Source: a bacterium (GTDB lineage Bacteria > UBA8248 > JACPRG01 > G963555815). Taken from it: a stretch of 64,000 bases of DNA. The stretch lies in NCBI GenBank assembly GCA_965261595.1, contig CBDHDG010000005.1, forward strand, positions 640,001-704,000, given 5' to 3'. Shown here one piece after another: positions 10,189 to 21,270 of this stretch; the stretch's first letter is position 1, and each line of letters starts with the position of its first letter. The notes under the pieces are model-generated. The model saw only the letters and a list, made by a program, of their open reading frames with translations. It was not told the origin of the DNA and did not search any database. The translations under genes and the position numbers were made by a program.

Positions 10189-12765
10189 ATGAGATCTGAA
10201 GAGGTGAAAGCCGAAACCGTCAAGGACCCGGTTTGCGGGATGGACGTGGACCCGAAGACGGCCGTCCACAAGCATGAGCACGAGGGTGAGACGTATTATT
10301 TCTGCTGCGAGGGCTGCCTGACGAAGTTCAAGTCGGACCCGGCCGCGCACCTGAATCCCCCCGCGAAGGACCCGGTTTGCGGGATGGACGTGGACCCGAA
10401 GACGGCCGTCCACAAGCATGAGCACGAAGGTGAGACGTATTATTTCTGCTGCGAGGGCTGCCTGACGAAGTTCAAGTCGGACCCCGAAACGCACCTGACG
10501 CCCTCCGGCGCCGCGCAGCCTCCGCCGGCGGATGCGAGCGGGTTCTATATCTGCCCGATGTGCCCCGAGGTCCGGCAGGAAGGGCCGGGGGCCTGCCCCT
10601 CGTGCGGGATGGCCCTCGATCCGGAGACCGTGACGGTCCCGGCCACCAAGACCGAGTACGTCTGCCCCATGCATCCGGAAGTCGTTCAGGATGACCCGGG
10701 CGCGTGCCCCGTCTGCGGGATGGCCCTGGAAGCGAGGACGGTGACCCTCGAAGAGGAGGCGAACCCCGAGCTGGTCTACATGACCCGCCGGTTCTGGGTG
10801 AGCCTCGCCCTTTCCGTCCCGGTCCTTTTCCTGGCCATGTCGGACCTCATCCCCGGACAGCCGGTTCAGAAGGTGATTTCCCCGCGTCTCTCCACGTGGA
10901 TCCAGTTCGTTTTGTCCACGCCGGTCGTCCTCTGGGCGGGTTGGTTTTTCTTCGAGCGGGGCTGGACGTCCATCGTCAACCGAAGCCTGAACATGTTCAC
11001 CCTCGTCGGCGTCGGCGTCGGCACGGCTTACGTCTACAGCGTCGTCGCCGCGCTGATCCCGGGCGCGTTCCCGGAGGCCTTCCGGGGCGAGGACGGCGGC
11101 GTGGCCGTTTACTTCGAGGCGTCGGCGGTCATCACGATGCTGGTGATCCTGGGGCAGGTTCTCGAAGTTCGCGCGCGGAGCCGGACGAGCAGCGCCATCC
11201 GGGCCCTTCTCGGCCTCGCGCCCAACAAGGCCCGGCTCGTCCGCGAGGACGGAGAGGAAGAAGACGTCCCCCTGGACCAAGTCCGGCCGGGCGACCGGCT
11301 CCGGGTTCGGCCGGGCGAGAAGGTCCCTGTGGACGGCGTGGTCGTCGAGGGGACGAGCTCGGTGGATGAATCGATGGTGACCGGGGAGCCGATCCCCGTG
11401 GAGAAGGGGCCGGAGAGTCTCGTCACCGGCGGAACGGTGAACGGGACGGGCGGCTTCGTCATGCGGGCCGAGCGGGTGGGGGGCGAGACCCTCCTCGCGC
11501 GGATCGTCCAGATGGTCAGCGAGGCGCAACGCAGCCGCGCCCCTATTCAGCGGCTGGCGGACGTGGTGGCCTCCTATTTCGTCCCGGCGGTCGTCCTGCT
11601 CGCCGTCGTGACGTTCATCGTCTGGGCCCTCTTCGGCCCGGCGCCCCGGCTGGCCTTCGCCCTGGTGAACGCTGTGGCGGTCCTCATCATCGCCTGTCCG
11701 TGCGCCCTGGGGCTGGCGACGCCCATGTCCATCATGGTGGGGATGGGCCGGGGGGCCATGACGGGCGTCCTGATCAAGAACGCCGAGGCCCTGGAGGTGT
11801 TGGAGAAGGTGGACACCCTCGTCGTGGACAAGACGGGGACCCTCACAGAAGGGCGGCCCCGGCTGGTGTCTTTGGAGGCCCTCCCCGGTTTCGAGGAGGC
11901 GGAGGTTCTCGGTCTGGCGGCGAGTCTGGAGCGAGCGAGCGAGCACCCCCTGGCCGAGGCGATTGTGGCGGGCGCGCGGGAAAAGGGCCTCGCCCTGTCC
12001 GATGTCGATGGGTTCCGGTCCCTGACGGGAAGAGGTGTCCTCGGCCGGATCGGCGGACGGGAGGTCGTCCTCGGGAACCAGAAGTTGTTCACCGAGCGGG
12101 ATATCCCGACCGGCGACCTCATCGAGCGGGCGGATGCCCTGCGAAGGGAGGGCCAGACCGTCATGTTCGCGGCCCTGGACGGCCGGGCGGCGGGGCTTGT
12201 GGGCGTGGCCGATCCCATCAAGGCGTCCACCCCCGAGGCGATCGAGATGCTTCACCGCGAGGGGGTCCGCCTCGTCATGCTCACCGGGGACAACCGCACA
12301 ACCGCCGAGGCCGTTGCGCGCAGGCTGAATATCGACGAGGTGGAGGCCGAGGTGCTGCCCGAGGAGAAGGGCGAGACGGTCAAGCGCCTTCAGGCGGAGG
12401 GCCGGGTGGTGGCCATGGCCGGAGACGGCGTCAACGACGCCCCGGCGCTGGCCCTGGCCCAGGTGGGGATCGCCATGGGGACGGGGAGCGACGTGGCCAT
12501 GGAGAGCGCCGGCGTGACACTGGTCCGGGGGGACCTTCGCGGCATCGCCAAGGCCCGCGGGCTCAGCCGGGCGACGATGCGCAACATCCGGCAGAACCTC
12601 TTCTTCGCGTTCGTCTATAACTGCCTGGGCGTGCCGCTGGCGGCGGGCGTTCTCTACCCGGTCTTCGGCCTTTTGCTCAGTCCCATGATCGCCAGCGCCG
12701 CCATGACCTTTTCATCGATCTCGGTGATCACCAACGCCTTGAGGCTGCGCAAGATGGAGGTGTGA
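10189..12765 (+). CDS. copA: Cu(+)-type P1B ATPase with two YHS and two heavy-metal-binding (CPM) N-terminal domains
   Basis: DPVCGM x2, YICPMC/YVCPMHP, TGEP, CPCALG, DKTGT, SEHP, GDGVND, YN and MxxSS TM ligands. Confidence 0.92.
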   Translation: MRSEEVKAETVKDPVCGMDVDPKTAVHKHEHEGETYYFCCEGCLTKFKSDPAAHLNPPAKDPVCGMDVDPKTAVHKHEHEGETYYFCCEGCLTKFKSDPETHLTPSGAAQPPPADASGFYICPMCPEVRQEGPGACPSCGMALDPETVTVPATKTEYVCPMHPEVVQDDPGACPVCGMALEARTVTLEEEANPELVYMTRRFWVSLALSVPVLFLAMSDLIPGQPVQKVISPRLSTWIQFVLSTPVVLWAGWFFFERGWTSIVNRSLNMFTLVGVGVGTAYVYSVVAALIPGAFPEAFRGEDGGVAVYFEASAVITMLVILGQVLEVRARSRTSSAIRALLGLAPNKARLVREDGEEEDVPLDQVRPGDRLRVRPGEKVPVDGVVVEGTSSVDESMVTGEPIPVEKGPESLVTGGTVNGTGGFVMRAERVGGETLLARIVQMVSEAQRSRAPIQRLADVVASYFVPAVVLLAVVTFIVWALFGPAPRLAFALVNAVAVLIIACPCALGLATPMSIMVGMGRGAMTGVLIKNAEALEVLEKVDTLVVDKTGTLTEGRPRLVSLEALPGFEEAEVLGLAASLERASEHPLAEAIVAGAREKGLALSDVDGFRSLTGRGVLGRIGGREVVLGNQKLFTERDIPTGDLIERADALRREGQTVMFAALDGRAAGLVGVADPIKASTPEAIEMLHREGVRLVMLTGDNRTTAEAVARRLNIDEVEAEVLPEEKGETVKRLQAEGRVVAMAGDGVNDAPALALAQVGIAMGTGSDVAMESAGVTLVRGDLRGIAKARGLSRATMRNIRQNLFFAFVYNCLGVPLAAGVLYPVFGLLLSPMIASAAMTFSSISVITNALRLRKMEV
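10222..10484 (+). repeat. Tandem intragenic duplication of YHS domain (144-nt period)
   Basis: 10222-10340 and 10366-10484 differ at one synonymous position (GAG/GAA). Confidence 0.93.
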
Positions 12766-13117
12766 CGCGCGCTGGAGGAGGGGGGGGGCGGACCTCTCCG
12801 GCATCGTGTCTTCCGGTTCCCGGCCCTTGGCTTTCGGGATTTAACACGTTCAAATGTTCACTTGACCTGAGCGCCTTCCTTTCTTTACACTGGCCGCATT
12901 GACAGCGGCAACAAGGGCCTCGAGACGAGGCTGCACGATTCGGGTGCGCATATCGGCGCGGTCTTCATCCGCATGGCGGCCCGGGAGGGAGGAGAGGCTG
13001 AATTGTATCTTGTTCACTCCGGGTCTGAGATTTTCACTATCCGTTCCGGAAGAGGACCGCGCAACGGTCAGCGGGCATCGAGCCTCCTAAATTCGACCTG
13101 AGAAGAGGAGACATTCA

Positions 13118-14197
13118 GTGCACGAAGGAGACCTTTGGCCCGCGTTGCGCGAACATTGGCACGCGGTCGCCATTTCCGACGACCTGGGGGAGAAGCCCGT
13201 GAGCGTCCGCCTCCTGGACGAGCGCGTGGCCCTGTGCCGGCTGGGGGGCCGGGTCCGGGCCTTTCAAGACCTCTGTGTTCATCGCGGAACCCCCCTCTCG
13301 CTCGGCTGGGTGGACGGGGAGGAGCTTGTCTGCGCCTATCACGGCTGGTCTTACGCCGCCGATGGAAAATGCACCCGAATTCCCTCGGTTCCGCTGGGGC
13401 ATCCCATCCCCAAGAGGGCGTGTCTCACCCGTTACCTGGCCGAGGAGCGGCACAGCCTGATTTGGGTCTGCCTGTCCGAAAGCCCCCGGGCGCCCATCCC
13501 GGATGCGCCGGAGCTCGGCGAGCCCGGCTACCACGTCTTCTTCAAGCAGAAACACTATTGGAAGTGCACTGCCGCGCGCGCCATCGAGAACTTTGTCGAC
13601 CTGGGCCACTTCCCGTGGGTGCACGAGGGGATTCTGGGCGAGCGCGACCGTCCGCTGACACCGGACATGAAGGTGGAGCGGGATGGGGAGTCGCTGCGGT
13701 TCGGTTACCAGAACATCTCCGACGGGCTCCACGGGGCGGCGCACAAGCGCCTTTATCGCCTGACCCGGCCGTTCACCATTTATCAGTGGAAGGTGGAGGG
13801 GGAGGGGAGAGCGGAGGTTTATCTCTTCTCGGTGACGCCCCACTCGGCCAGGGATTGCACCCGGTTCTTGATCATCGCGCGAAACTATGACCTCGACGCG
13901 CCGGAAGTCGTCCAGGGTCCGGTGAGGGCCGAGAACGGCGAGTACTGGCTCGGGGACGGGTCGTCGGCAAAAAGCGTCCGGGCGGGGGACGGTCTCCCGG
14001 AGTATGCGAACGCCTTGGACACCATCGCGCTTCAGGATCAACCGATCGTGGAGAACCAGAGGCCCGAGGAGCTTCCGCTGGACCTGGCCGAGGAGTTTCA
14101 CCTCAAAGGGCCGGATGCCGTCGCCATCGCCTACCGGCGGTTCATGGCGGAGTTGGGCGTGGACATCGACGCGAGGGAGCCCGGAAGAGTCGGGTAG
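13118..14197 (+). CDS. Rieske non-heme iron oxygenase, VanA/NdmA demethylase-like
   Basis: CVHRG...CAYHGW Rieske motif; ENFVDLGHFPWVH mononuclear Fe site; QDQPIVENQRP. Confidence 0.9.
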   Translation: MHEGDLWPALREHWHAVAISDDLGEKPVSVRLLDERVALCRLGGRVRAFQDLCVHRGTPLSLGWVDGEELVCAYHGWSYAADGKCTRIPSVPLGHPIPKRACLTRYLAEERHSLIWVCLSESPRAPIPDAPELGEPGYHVFFKQKHYWKCTAARAIENFVDLGHFPWVHEGILGERDRPLTPDMKVERDGESLRFGYQNISDGLHGAAHKRLYRLTRPFTIYQWKVEGEGRAEVYLFSVTPHSARDCTRFLIIARNYDLDAPEVVQGPVRAENGEYWLGDGSSAKSVRAGDGLPEYANALDTIALQDQPIVENQRPEELPLDLAEEFHLKGPDAVAIAYRRFMAELGVDIDAREPGRVG

Positions 14198-14354
14198 GAA
14201 GCCTGGGAGCCCCGGTTCGGGCCCGAAGGCGGGACAGGGCCGGGTGGGGGGGATGCCTGTTGCAGAAGTCGAGGTGTCCTGGAGGAGTTGTGACGGTCGT
14301 CGGGTTCGGAATTGCGCCCGGTGCATCTCTGTCAACGGAAAAAGGGGGAAGAAC

Positions 14355-15416
14355 ATGAGCGGGCAACGGAATCTTCGGTGGTTGACGTCGTTTTTGAGCG
14401 TTTTGACGTTTCTGGTCTTCACTGCGGGAATCGTCGCGGCGGAGAAGGTCACGCTGGCCTTCGATTGGCTGACGTACGGGAAGATGGCGCCGTTTTACGT
14501 GGGGAATACGCAGGGCTTTTACAAGAAAGAGAATCTAAAGGTCAAGTTGGTCCGGGGATTCGGCTCCATCGACACGGCCAAGCGGGTCGGGGCCAAGCAG
14601 ATCGAGTTCGGTATGAGCACCCTCACCGACACCATCGAGATTCGCACCCGGGGGAGCAAGGTGAAGACCGTGTGGATCTATTTCCACGATACTCCGGGTG
14701 CCGTTATGTATATCAAGGGAAAGGGAATCAATACGCCGAAAGACCTTGAAGGCAGGACCATCGGTGGTCCCCTTGCCACGGATTCCTGGGTTCTGTTCCC
14801 ACTTTTCGCCAAGGCCCAGGGAATCGATATGTCCAAGATAAAGCACATCAACATGGGTGGCGCGCAGGTGTACGGCGCACTCGCCGGGGGTATTAGTGAC
14901 GCCATCCATACCTGGGTCACCTCCCGTCCAGGCGTGCTGAGGGTTCTCAAGCAAAAGGGTCTGGGCGCGAAGGATCTGGGGATGTTCAAATACGTCAGTG
15001 GGGGTGTGAGCCTCTATTCTCAGGATGTTGTGGTCCATGAGGATACAATCAAGAACAATCCCGGCCTGGTAAGACGGATGGTGCGGGCGCTCAGCCGCTC
15101 CAAGATCTCGTCCATCGAGAATCCTGAAGGGGCGCTTGAGGCCTTCTGGAAAGATAAACCAGCCCTCAAGGCCACCTCCGAGGCGGCGAACCGGGATGAG
15201 CTCAGGATGAGTATGGGCCTGTTTAAAGACAAGCTGGTTGAAAAATATGGCCAGGGCTTCCCTGTTCGGTCGAAGGTTATCTCGACCCAGGCGGCGTTTG
15301 TCGCGGCCAAGGGCCTCCCGAAGGAGCCCGTGGACAATATTTATACCGACCAGTTCGTCAAGGGCTTGTCCCGGGCGGACAAGTTCCCGAAGCGTTGGGG
15401 GAAGTTTAAGGACTAG
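14355..15416 (+). CDS. ABC transporter substrate-binding protein, NMT1/THI5/SsuA-like
   Basis: Signal peptide, LAFDW, GFYKKENL, GINTPKDLEGRTIG; followed by permease and ATPase. Confidence 0.87.
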   Translation: MSGQRNLRWLTSFLSVLTFLVFTAGIVAAEKVTLAFDWLTYGKMAPFYVGNTQGFYKKENLKVKLVRGFGSIDTAKRVGAKQIEFGMSTLTDTIEIRTRGSKVKTVWIYFHDTPGAVMYIKGKGINTPKDLEGRTIGGPLATDSWVLFPLFAKAQGIDMSKIKHINMGGAQVYGALAGGISDAIHTWVTSRPGVLRVLKQKGLGAKDLGMFKYVSGGVSLYSQDVVVHEDTIKNNPGLVRRMVRALSRSKISSIENPEGALEAFWKDKPALKATSEAANRDELRMSMGLFKDKLVEKYGQGFPVRSKVISTQAAFVAAKGLPKEPVDNIYTDQFVKGLSRADKFPKRWGKFKD

Positions 15417-15444
15417 TGTCGGTCCGCAGGGAATTTTTTCGTGT

Positions 15445-15486
15445 GAGCCCCGGCTCCCCGGGGACAGTTCTCGGGGGGCCGGGTTC
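15445..15486 (+). other. GC-rich intercistronic hairpin between binding protein and permease
   Basis: GAGCCCCGGCTCCCCGGGGA-cagt-TCTCGGGGGGCCGGGTTC imperfect inverted repeat. Confidence 0.55.
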
Positions 15487-15517
15487 CCGCACTTGTTGAG
15501 GGGGGGTGCGCCCGCCG

Positions 15518-16300
15518 ATGCTCAGCAGAAAGATTGTCCTGCCGATCCTGCTGTCCGTTGTGGTCATCGGGCTCTGGGAGGGGATTGTCCGGCTCGGCGG
15601 TGTGCCCGAATTTATCTTCCCCGCCCCAAGCAAGATCGCAAAGTTTTACATTCAGTTTGGTTACACCCTCATGTGGGATGCGTGGGCCACAGTCATGGAG
15701 ACTTTGCTGGGCTTCGTGATGGCGGCCGTTCTGGGCGTTCTCTTCGCGGTCATTCTGGTTTATTCTCCCTTCATTCATGATGCCTTCTATCCGCCACTGG
15801 TCGTTCTTCAGGTGACGCCGAAGATCGCCATCGCCCCCCTCCTACTTCTCTGGTTCGGGTATGGGTTGGTCCCCAAGATCGTGATCGGTTTCTTTATCTC
15901 CTTTTTTCCCATCGTGGTGACGACGATGCATGGGCTGACCTCGGTCGAGCCCGAGATGTTGGATCTGCTTCATTCTCTGCGGGCCAGCAAGAAGAAGATC
16001 TTTTGGAAGGCACGGCTCCCGCACGCCTTGCCCTACATCTTTAGTGGGTTTCAGATCGCCGTCACCCTGTCCCTGATCGGGGCCATCGTGGCGGAGTTTG
16101 TCGGGGCGGAGCTGGGGCTGGGGTTCAAGATCGTGTACTCCCAGTATTCGGCCAACACACCAATGCTTTTCGCGGCCCTGGGCCTGCTGGCCGTCATCGG
16201 GCTGATCCTGTTTTACCTGATGCTGTTCATCGAGCGTCTCGCGACGCCGTGGCGAGCTTTGAAGAAGGAAAAAGAGTTCCAAATCAAAGGTTTTCTGTAA
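15518..16300 (+). CDS. ABC transporter permease (SsuC/TauC type)
   Basis: PKIAIAPL, FFPIVV, ARLPHALP, GAIVAEF; multiple TM helices. Confidence 0.92.
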   Translation: MLSRKIVLPILLSVVVIGLWEGIVRLGGVPEFIFPAPSKIAKFYIQFGYTLMWDAWATVMETLLGFVMAAVLGVLFAVILVYSPFIHDAFYPPLVVLQVTPKIAIAPLLLLWFGYGLVPKIVIGFFISFFPIVVTTMHGLTSVEPEMLDLLHSLRASKKKIFWKARLPHALPYIFSGFQIAVTLSLIGAIVAEFVGAELGLGFKIVYSQYSANTPMLFAALGLLAVIGLILFYLMLFIERLATPWRALKKEKEFQIKGFL

Positions 16301-16339
16301 AGGTCGATGCGGGGATTCCGCTCGTCTTTCTTTTTGGAG

Positions 16340-17170
16340 ATGAATTCTGCTATGGCCGGACCTGATGTCGTTGAGCTTGAAGCTGTTCAGATGCTTTACC
16401 AGTCCAAGGTAGCCAAGCGGGAGGCCGTCCTGGCGCTTGAGAACGCCTCCTTCACCGTTCGGGAGGGGGAATTTCTGGCGCTCGTCGGGCCCAGCGGGTG
16501 CGGGAAGAGCACCATCCTCAAGCTTGTCGCCGGACTGATGCCCCCGACCGAAGGGGTCGTCCGGGTCAACGGGACCCAAGTCCGCGGCCCGCAGCCGGAC
16601 TTGGGGATCGTCTTTCAGATGCCGGTCCTGATGGAGTGGCGGCGGGTCCTGGACAACATTCTGCTCCCCATCGAGGTGTTGGAGGAGGTCGGCGACGACG
16701 ACTACAGGAAGCGGGCGCGGGAGCTGGTGAGCCTTGTGGGGCTCGACGGGTTCGAGGACCGGTATCCGTTCGAGCTCTCAGGCGGGATGCAGCAACGCGT
16801 CTCCATCTGCCGGGCCCTCATCCACGATCCCCCCGGCCTCATCATGGACGAGCCGTTCAGCGCGCTGGACGAGATGACCCGCGACGCGATGAACGTGGAG
16901 CTTCAACGCATCTGGCTCGAGCGCCGCAAGACCATCCTCTATATCACCCACAGCATCGCCGAGTCGGTGTTTCTGGCGGACCGGGTGGCCGTCATGTCGG
17001 CCCGGCCCGGCCGTATCCTGGATATCATCGACATCCCATTCCCCCGCCCCCGAAGCCTCCGCGTCCGCGCCCTGCCGGAGTTCGTGGAGAAGGTGGAATC
17101 CATCCGCGAGCTCCTGGGGCTTTTGGGAGAGGAAGAAGGCGCCGGGAACCCCGGCCCCCAGGCCCCATAA
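16340..17170 (+). CDS. ABC transporter ATP-binding protein (SsuB/TauB type)
   Basis: GPSGCGKS, LSGGMQQR, MDEPFSALD, ITHS. Confidence 0.94.
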   Translation: MNSAMAGPDVVELEAVQMLYQSKVAKREAVLALENASFTVREGEFLALVGPSGCGKSTILKLVAGLMPPTEGVVRVNGTQVRGPQPDLGIVFQMPVLMEWRRVLDNILLPIEVLEEVGDDDYRKRARELVSLVGLDGFEDRYPFELSGGMQQRVSICRALIHDPPGLIMDEPFSALDEMTRDAMNVELQRIWLERRKTILYITHSIAESVFLADRVAVMSARPGRILDIIDIPFPRPRSLRVRALPEFVEKVESIRELLGLLGEEEGAGNPGPQAP

Positions 17171-17291
17171 GCGTTGTTCTGGAATTCGGGCGTCCGGCCC
17201 GGCGCGGTCAGGGGCACCGCCGGGCCAGGGTCAGGAAGTCCTGATAAGAATCGGGGCGCGCCGGTATCGCCTCACAGACCGAATTCCCCCG

Positions 17292-17876
17292 TCACGCCTG
17301 GGCCTTGCTCTCGTCGATCCAGTTCCGGAACCTTCTTGCCACCTCCCAGGGCTGATCCTTGTAGGGCGGGAAGCTCAGATCGGATTCCGGCCGGATCTTG
17401 AGCGTGAGGAAGGTGAGGGCTTTGCGCCCCAGGCCCGCTTCGAGCGCGGGGCGGAAGTTCTCCGCCCGCTCAATCGTCGCGCAGTGGGGGATCCCGGCGG
17501 CCCCGGCGAGGGCGGTGAAATCCGCCGTGCGTCCGGGAAGCGGCTGGTTGCCCGACGCCTCGTACACCCGGTTGTCGAACAGGAGGATCAGGAGATTGTC
17601 CAGCTCCAGATCGGCGACCGTGGCCAGGCAGCCCAGATTCATCAAAAGGCCCCCGTCCCCTTCCATCACGATGATCCGGCTTCGCGGCCGGGCCAGGGCC
17701 AGTCCGGCGGCGAGGGGAATGGCTTGCCCCATGGAATCGGCCAGGTGGAAATTGGAGGGCTTGGGACAAATCCGGTTCCAGCCGTGGGTGGCCATGCCCA
17801 GGCACGTCACCACAATCTCCTCCTGGACAACTGTCCCCAGGGTTTCGAGGTGGGTTTCCCGGCCCGGCAGGCTCAT
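17292..17876 (-). CDS. ThDP-binding beta subunit of sulfopyruvate/phosphonopyruvate decarboxylase (ComE-like)
   Basis: SMGQAIP, EGDGGLLMN...DNRVYEASGNQ ThDP motif. Confidence 0.85.
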   Translation of the reverse strand: MSLPGRETHLETLGTVVQEEIVVTCLGMATHGWNRICPKPSNFHLADSMGQAIPLAAGLALARPRSRIIVMEGDGGLLMNLGCLATVADLELDNLLILLFDNRVYEASGNQPLPGRTADFTALAGAAGIPHCATIERAENFRPALEAGLGRKALTFLTLKIRPESDLSFPPYKDQPWEVARRFRNWIDESKAQA

Positions 17877-18369
17877 CTCAGATGCTCCTTGTGCAGCAAC
17901 AGGACGAAGGCCCCCTGGGATTCCTGGGCGAAATGAAAACCCGTCTCCACCTGCTCGGACAGGCTTCTTCCCGACTCGGCCACGGCGTAGGGGATGTCGA
18001 GCGCCCGCAGGAAGGGCTCGGTCCGGAGACCCTTGGGGACGTGATAGAAGAGGGGATCCCGGGTGCTCCCCCGGTAGCTGACCAGGAGGAGAAGCGGCAG
18101 CCGGTTCATCTGGACAGGGTCAAGAGACCCGTGCCGCTGCTCAGGATGCCCGCGTTCTGGGCCAGGAGGACGGGGCGCTCTCCGCCGAGAACGAACCCGC
18201 TGCAAAGCGCCACCCCTTCTTCTTCCCGGCACACCGGGACGTGGCGGATTTCGCCGTCCCGGGAGAGCTCCTCCAGCAGCGGGCCGAGCCAGGTGTCCGG
18301 CAGCGACACCGTCAGGCGAATCCCGCACGCCTTGAGGCCCTTGATGATTTCCTGAATTCCCGATGCCAT
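17873..18369 (-). pseudogene. ComD-like decarboxylase alpha subunit with one frameshift near 18112
   Basis: SLPDTWL, CREEEGVALCSG, QNAG in one frame; LPLLLLVSYRG...LDIPY in the next; one extra C would restore LTLSQMN. Confidence 0.8.
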
Positions 18370-18660
18370 ATTCCTTGCCGCCCCCGTTTTGCCCGGGATG
18401 GGATGGTCCGCACGCGGTCCGAGCGGAAACACAGTATAATGACACGCCGTCGCGATTGAAACCCATTCCTTGTCGTCCGACAACTCCCCCTCGGGGTCCC
18501 GCCTTGCATCGACAAGTCGGCGGACGCCGCCCAAGGAAAATCATGAGGGGACGGGCATGACCCTCGCCCGCCGGAGGGCGCTGTAGGCGGTTCCCGCGGA
18601 TTCGGCCGGGCGGCATCCGGACCGGGGCGTGATTCTCCCTCGCATGGAGACGATCTCTCG

Positions 18661-20952
18661 ATGACGAATTACCAGGTTGTGGGGACGGATGTTCCCCGGA
18701 TCGACGGCGAGCCCAAGGCGTCGGGGGCGGCGCGGTACGCGGCGGACCTCTCCGTTCCGAACATGCTCCACGGGGCCATCCTCCGCGGCCGCCATCCGCA
18801 CGCGCGGATCCTGAACGTCGACGTCGAAAAGGCCCGGCGCCTGTCCGGCGTCCGCGCTGTCGTGACCGCCCGGGACGTTCCCCCGGTCCGGTTCGGGATC
18901 ACCATCTACGACGCCTGCCTCTTCGAGCCCGAGAAGGTCCGCTACCTGGGGAACGAAATCGCCGCCGTCGCCGCCATCGACGCGGACACCGCCCAAGAGG
19001 CCCTCTCGCTCATCGAGGTCGAGTACGAAGAGCTCCCCGCCGTCTTCGACCCCGTCGAGGCCATGCGCCCGGACGCGCCGGTCATCCACGAGGAGGCGCA
19101 CACCTATGAGAGCACCTTCGACGTAGCGGGCCGGCGGGGCAACGTCGCCTGCCGGACGACGTTCGCCCATGGAGACCTGGAGCAAGGCCTGCGGGAGGCC
19201 GACGAGGTGATCGAGAACACCTTCCGGACCCAACAGAACCACCAGACCTACCTGGAGCCGCACGCCTCCCTCGCCGAGCCGGACGGGAACGGCGGGGTGA
19301 CGGTCTGGGTGAACGTTCAGGGGGTCTTTCTGGCTCAGGAGCGCATCTCGAGGGTCCTGGGGATTCCCCTCGCCAAGATTCGGGTCATCGGGACCGCGGT
19401 GGGCGGCGGATTCGGTGGAAAAAAGCCCCGGACAGACCCCTATGCGGCCCTGCTGGCCCTCAAGACCGGAAAACCCGTCCGGGTTCTGTTCACCCGGGAC
19501 GAAGAGTTCACCGCCGGTTTTCCCCGCCATCCCGCGACCATTCGCATCCGCGACGGTGTGAAGCGCGACGGCCGGATCACGGCGCGCGAGGCCGAGCTCA
19601 TCTATGACACGGGGGCGTACACCGATCACGGCCCGACGGTGGCGGCGCTCGGCGCGGCCTACGCCAAAGGTCCCTACCGGATTCCGAATGTCCGTTTGGA
19701 ATCCAGTACGGTGTACACCAATAAGCCCATCAGCGGCGCGTTTCGCGGTTACGGAAACCCCCAGAGCGCCTTCGCCGTGGAATCGCAGATGGACATGGTT
19801 GCGGGGGCGTTGGGCATCGACCCCCTGGATTTCCGCCGGATCAACGCCCTGGAAGACGGGGACATGCTGTCCAACGGCCAGCGGTTCCCGAGGGTTCTGC
19901 TGAAGGACACCCTGGAGGCCGCCCGCCGGCGGGTGGACTGGCAAGGCCCGGTCCCCGGCCGGACCGGCAAGCGCCGGGGTCGGGGCGTCGCCTGCGGCCA
20001 GCACCACGCGGGCGGTCTCACCTCCTCCGCCACGGTCAAGGTGATGGAGGACGGCTCCATCCAGGTCGCGTCGGGCGTGATCGAGATCGGGGCCGGCCAG
20101 ACGACCATGGCGGCGATCGTCGCGGCCGAGGAGATCTCGGTGGGCGTCGAGGACGTGCGGCTTGTCTCGGGCGATACGGACGCGACGCCGTTCGAGTTTT
20201 ACAGCGCGGCCAGCCGGATCACCTACAACGTCGGCAACGTCGTCCGGATGGCCTCGGCGGACGCGAAGCGGCAGCTCATCGAGCGGGCCTCGGACATCCT
20301 GGAGGTCCCGGTGGAGGACCTGATCGCCCAAAACCAGAGGGTGTTCATGCCCGGGTCGCCAGAAAGGGGTTTGACCTACGGACAGATCGTCAAGGACGGC
20401 CATCTCAAGAAGGGCGGCCCGATCCTGGGCCGCGGGGTCTTCGATCCCCACGGGCCGCCGACCGTGCCGGAGTTCATGGAAGGCAATCCGCGGAAGCCCA
20501 TGATGGTCATGACGTTCTGCACGCAGATTGCCGAGGTCGAGGTGGACGTCGAGACGGGCGAGGTGGAGATCCTCCGGCTCGTTTGTGTCCATGACGTCGG
20601 GCAGGTGATCAACCTGGGCGCGATTCAAGGGCAGATCGAGGGAGGCGTGACGCAGGGGGTGGGCTACGCCCTGATCGAGGAAGTGGTGTACGAGGGGGGG
20701 GTCGTGAGCAATCCCACGCTCGTCGATTACAAGATTCCCAACATCCTGGACACGCCGCCCATCGAATACGAGTTTATCGAGGAGCCCGATCCGACCGGCC
20801 CGTTCGGCGCCAAAGGGGTCGGCGAGGCGGTCCTGGTCCCGACGGCCGCGGCCATCGCCAACGCGGTGGAGGACGCCGTTGGCGCGCGCGTGACCGACCT
20901 GCCGATCACCCCCGAAAGGGTCCTCGCGGCGCTGAATTCCCGGGCCGATTGA
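18661..20952 (+). CDS. Xanthine dehydrogenase family molybdopterin-binding large subunit (no. 1)
   Basis: YLEPH, GGGFGGK, AFRGYGNPQ, GQIEGG, GAKGVGE. Confidence 0.93.
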   Translation: MTNYQVVGTDVPRIDGEPKASGAARYAADLSVPNMLHGAILRGRHPHARILNVDVEKARRLSGVRAVVTARDVPPVRFGITIYDACLFEPEKVRYLGNEIAAVAAIDADTAQEALSLIEVEYEELPAVFDPVEAMRPDAPVIHEEAHTYESTFDVAGRRGNVACRTTFAHGDLEQGLREADEVIENTFRTQQNHQTYLEPHASLAEPDGNGGVTVWVNVQGVFLAQERISRVLGIPLAKIRVIGTAVGGGFGGKKPRTDPYAALLALKTGKPVRVLFTRDEEFTAGFPRHPATIRIRDGVKRDGRITAREAELIYDTGAYTDHGPTVAALGAAYAKGPYRIPNVRLESSTVYTNKPISGAFRGYGNPQSAFAVESQMDMVAGALGIDPLDFRRINALEDGDMLSNGQRFPRVLLKDTLEAARRRVDWQGPVPGRTGKRRGRGVACGQHHAGGLTSSATVKVMEDGSIQVASGVIEIGAGQTTMAAIVAAEEISVGVEDVRLVSGDTDATPFEFYSAASRITYNVGNVVRMASADAKRQLIERASDILEVPVEDLIAQNQRVFMPGSPERGLTYGQIVKDGHLKKGGPILGRGVFDPHGPPTVPEFMEGNPRKPMMVMTFCTQIAEVEVDVETGEVEILRLVCVHDVGQVINLGAIQGQIEGGVTQGVGYALIEEVVYEGGVVSNPTLVDYKIPNILDTPPIEYEFIEEPDPTGPFGAKGVGEAVLVPTAAAIANAVEDAVGARVTDLPITPERVLAALNSRAD

Positions 20953-20997
20953 GAGGGGGCGGGGAGGGGCGCCACATTCATCACCTGGAGAAGCGGA

Positions 20998-21154
20998 GGC
21001 ACTGGCAGGCAAGCTGCCAGTGGCACATTTCTTCATTTGCTTTTACAGAATCAGACCCCGGCCTCCGCTGAACGTGAGCGGAAGGTGGCCGCTTGTTTGC
21101 GGCGAACCGGCGTTATGAAAACAGGGCGCCACTGGCGGCTTGTCCGGTAGCGCC
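20998..21154. repeat. Inverted pair of REP-like palindromes
   Basis: GGCACTGGCAGGCAAGCTGCCAGTGGCAC (20998-21026) and a 22/29-identical inverted copy at 21126-21154. Confidence 0.6.
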
Positions 21155-21270
21155 TTCATTCTCTTCGGGCAAATGGTTGACCCAAAGAGTTGACGGGGTT
21201 GCTTGCTCTCTTTGTGAGAAACGCGGGGTGACGATCACCCCTCGCGGCGGGTGTTCCCCCTGAAAAGCAA

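Noticed and set aside
12770..13117. TPP or purine riboswitch upstream of the Rieske/NMT1 ABC cluster
   Set aside because: Conserved aptamer cores were not recognisable by eye; an Rfam scan would be needed
18106..18108. TGA in the comD-like gene as selenocysteine
   Set aside because: Homology continues in a different frame, so this is a frameshift and not read-through
21021..21037. Sigma54 promoter TGGCAC-N5-TTCA
   Set aside because: The -12 element mismatches, the motif is part of a REP-like palindrome, and there is no downstream plus-strand gene
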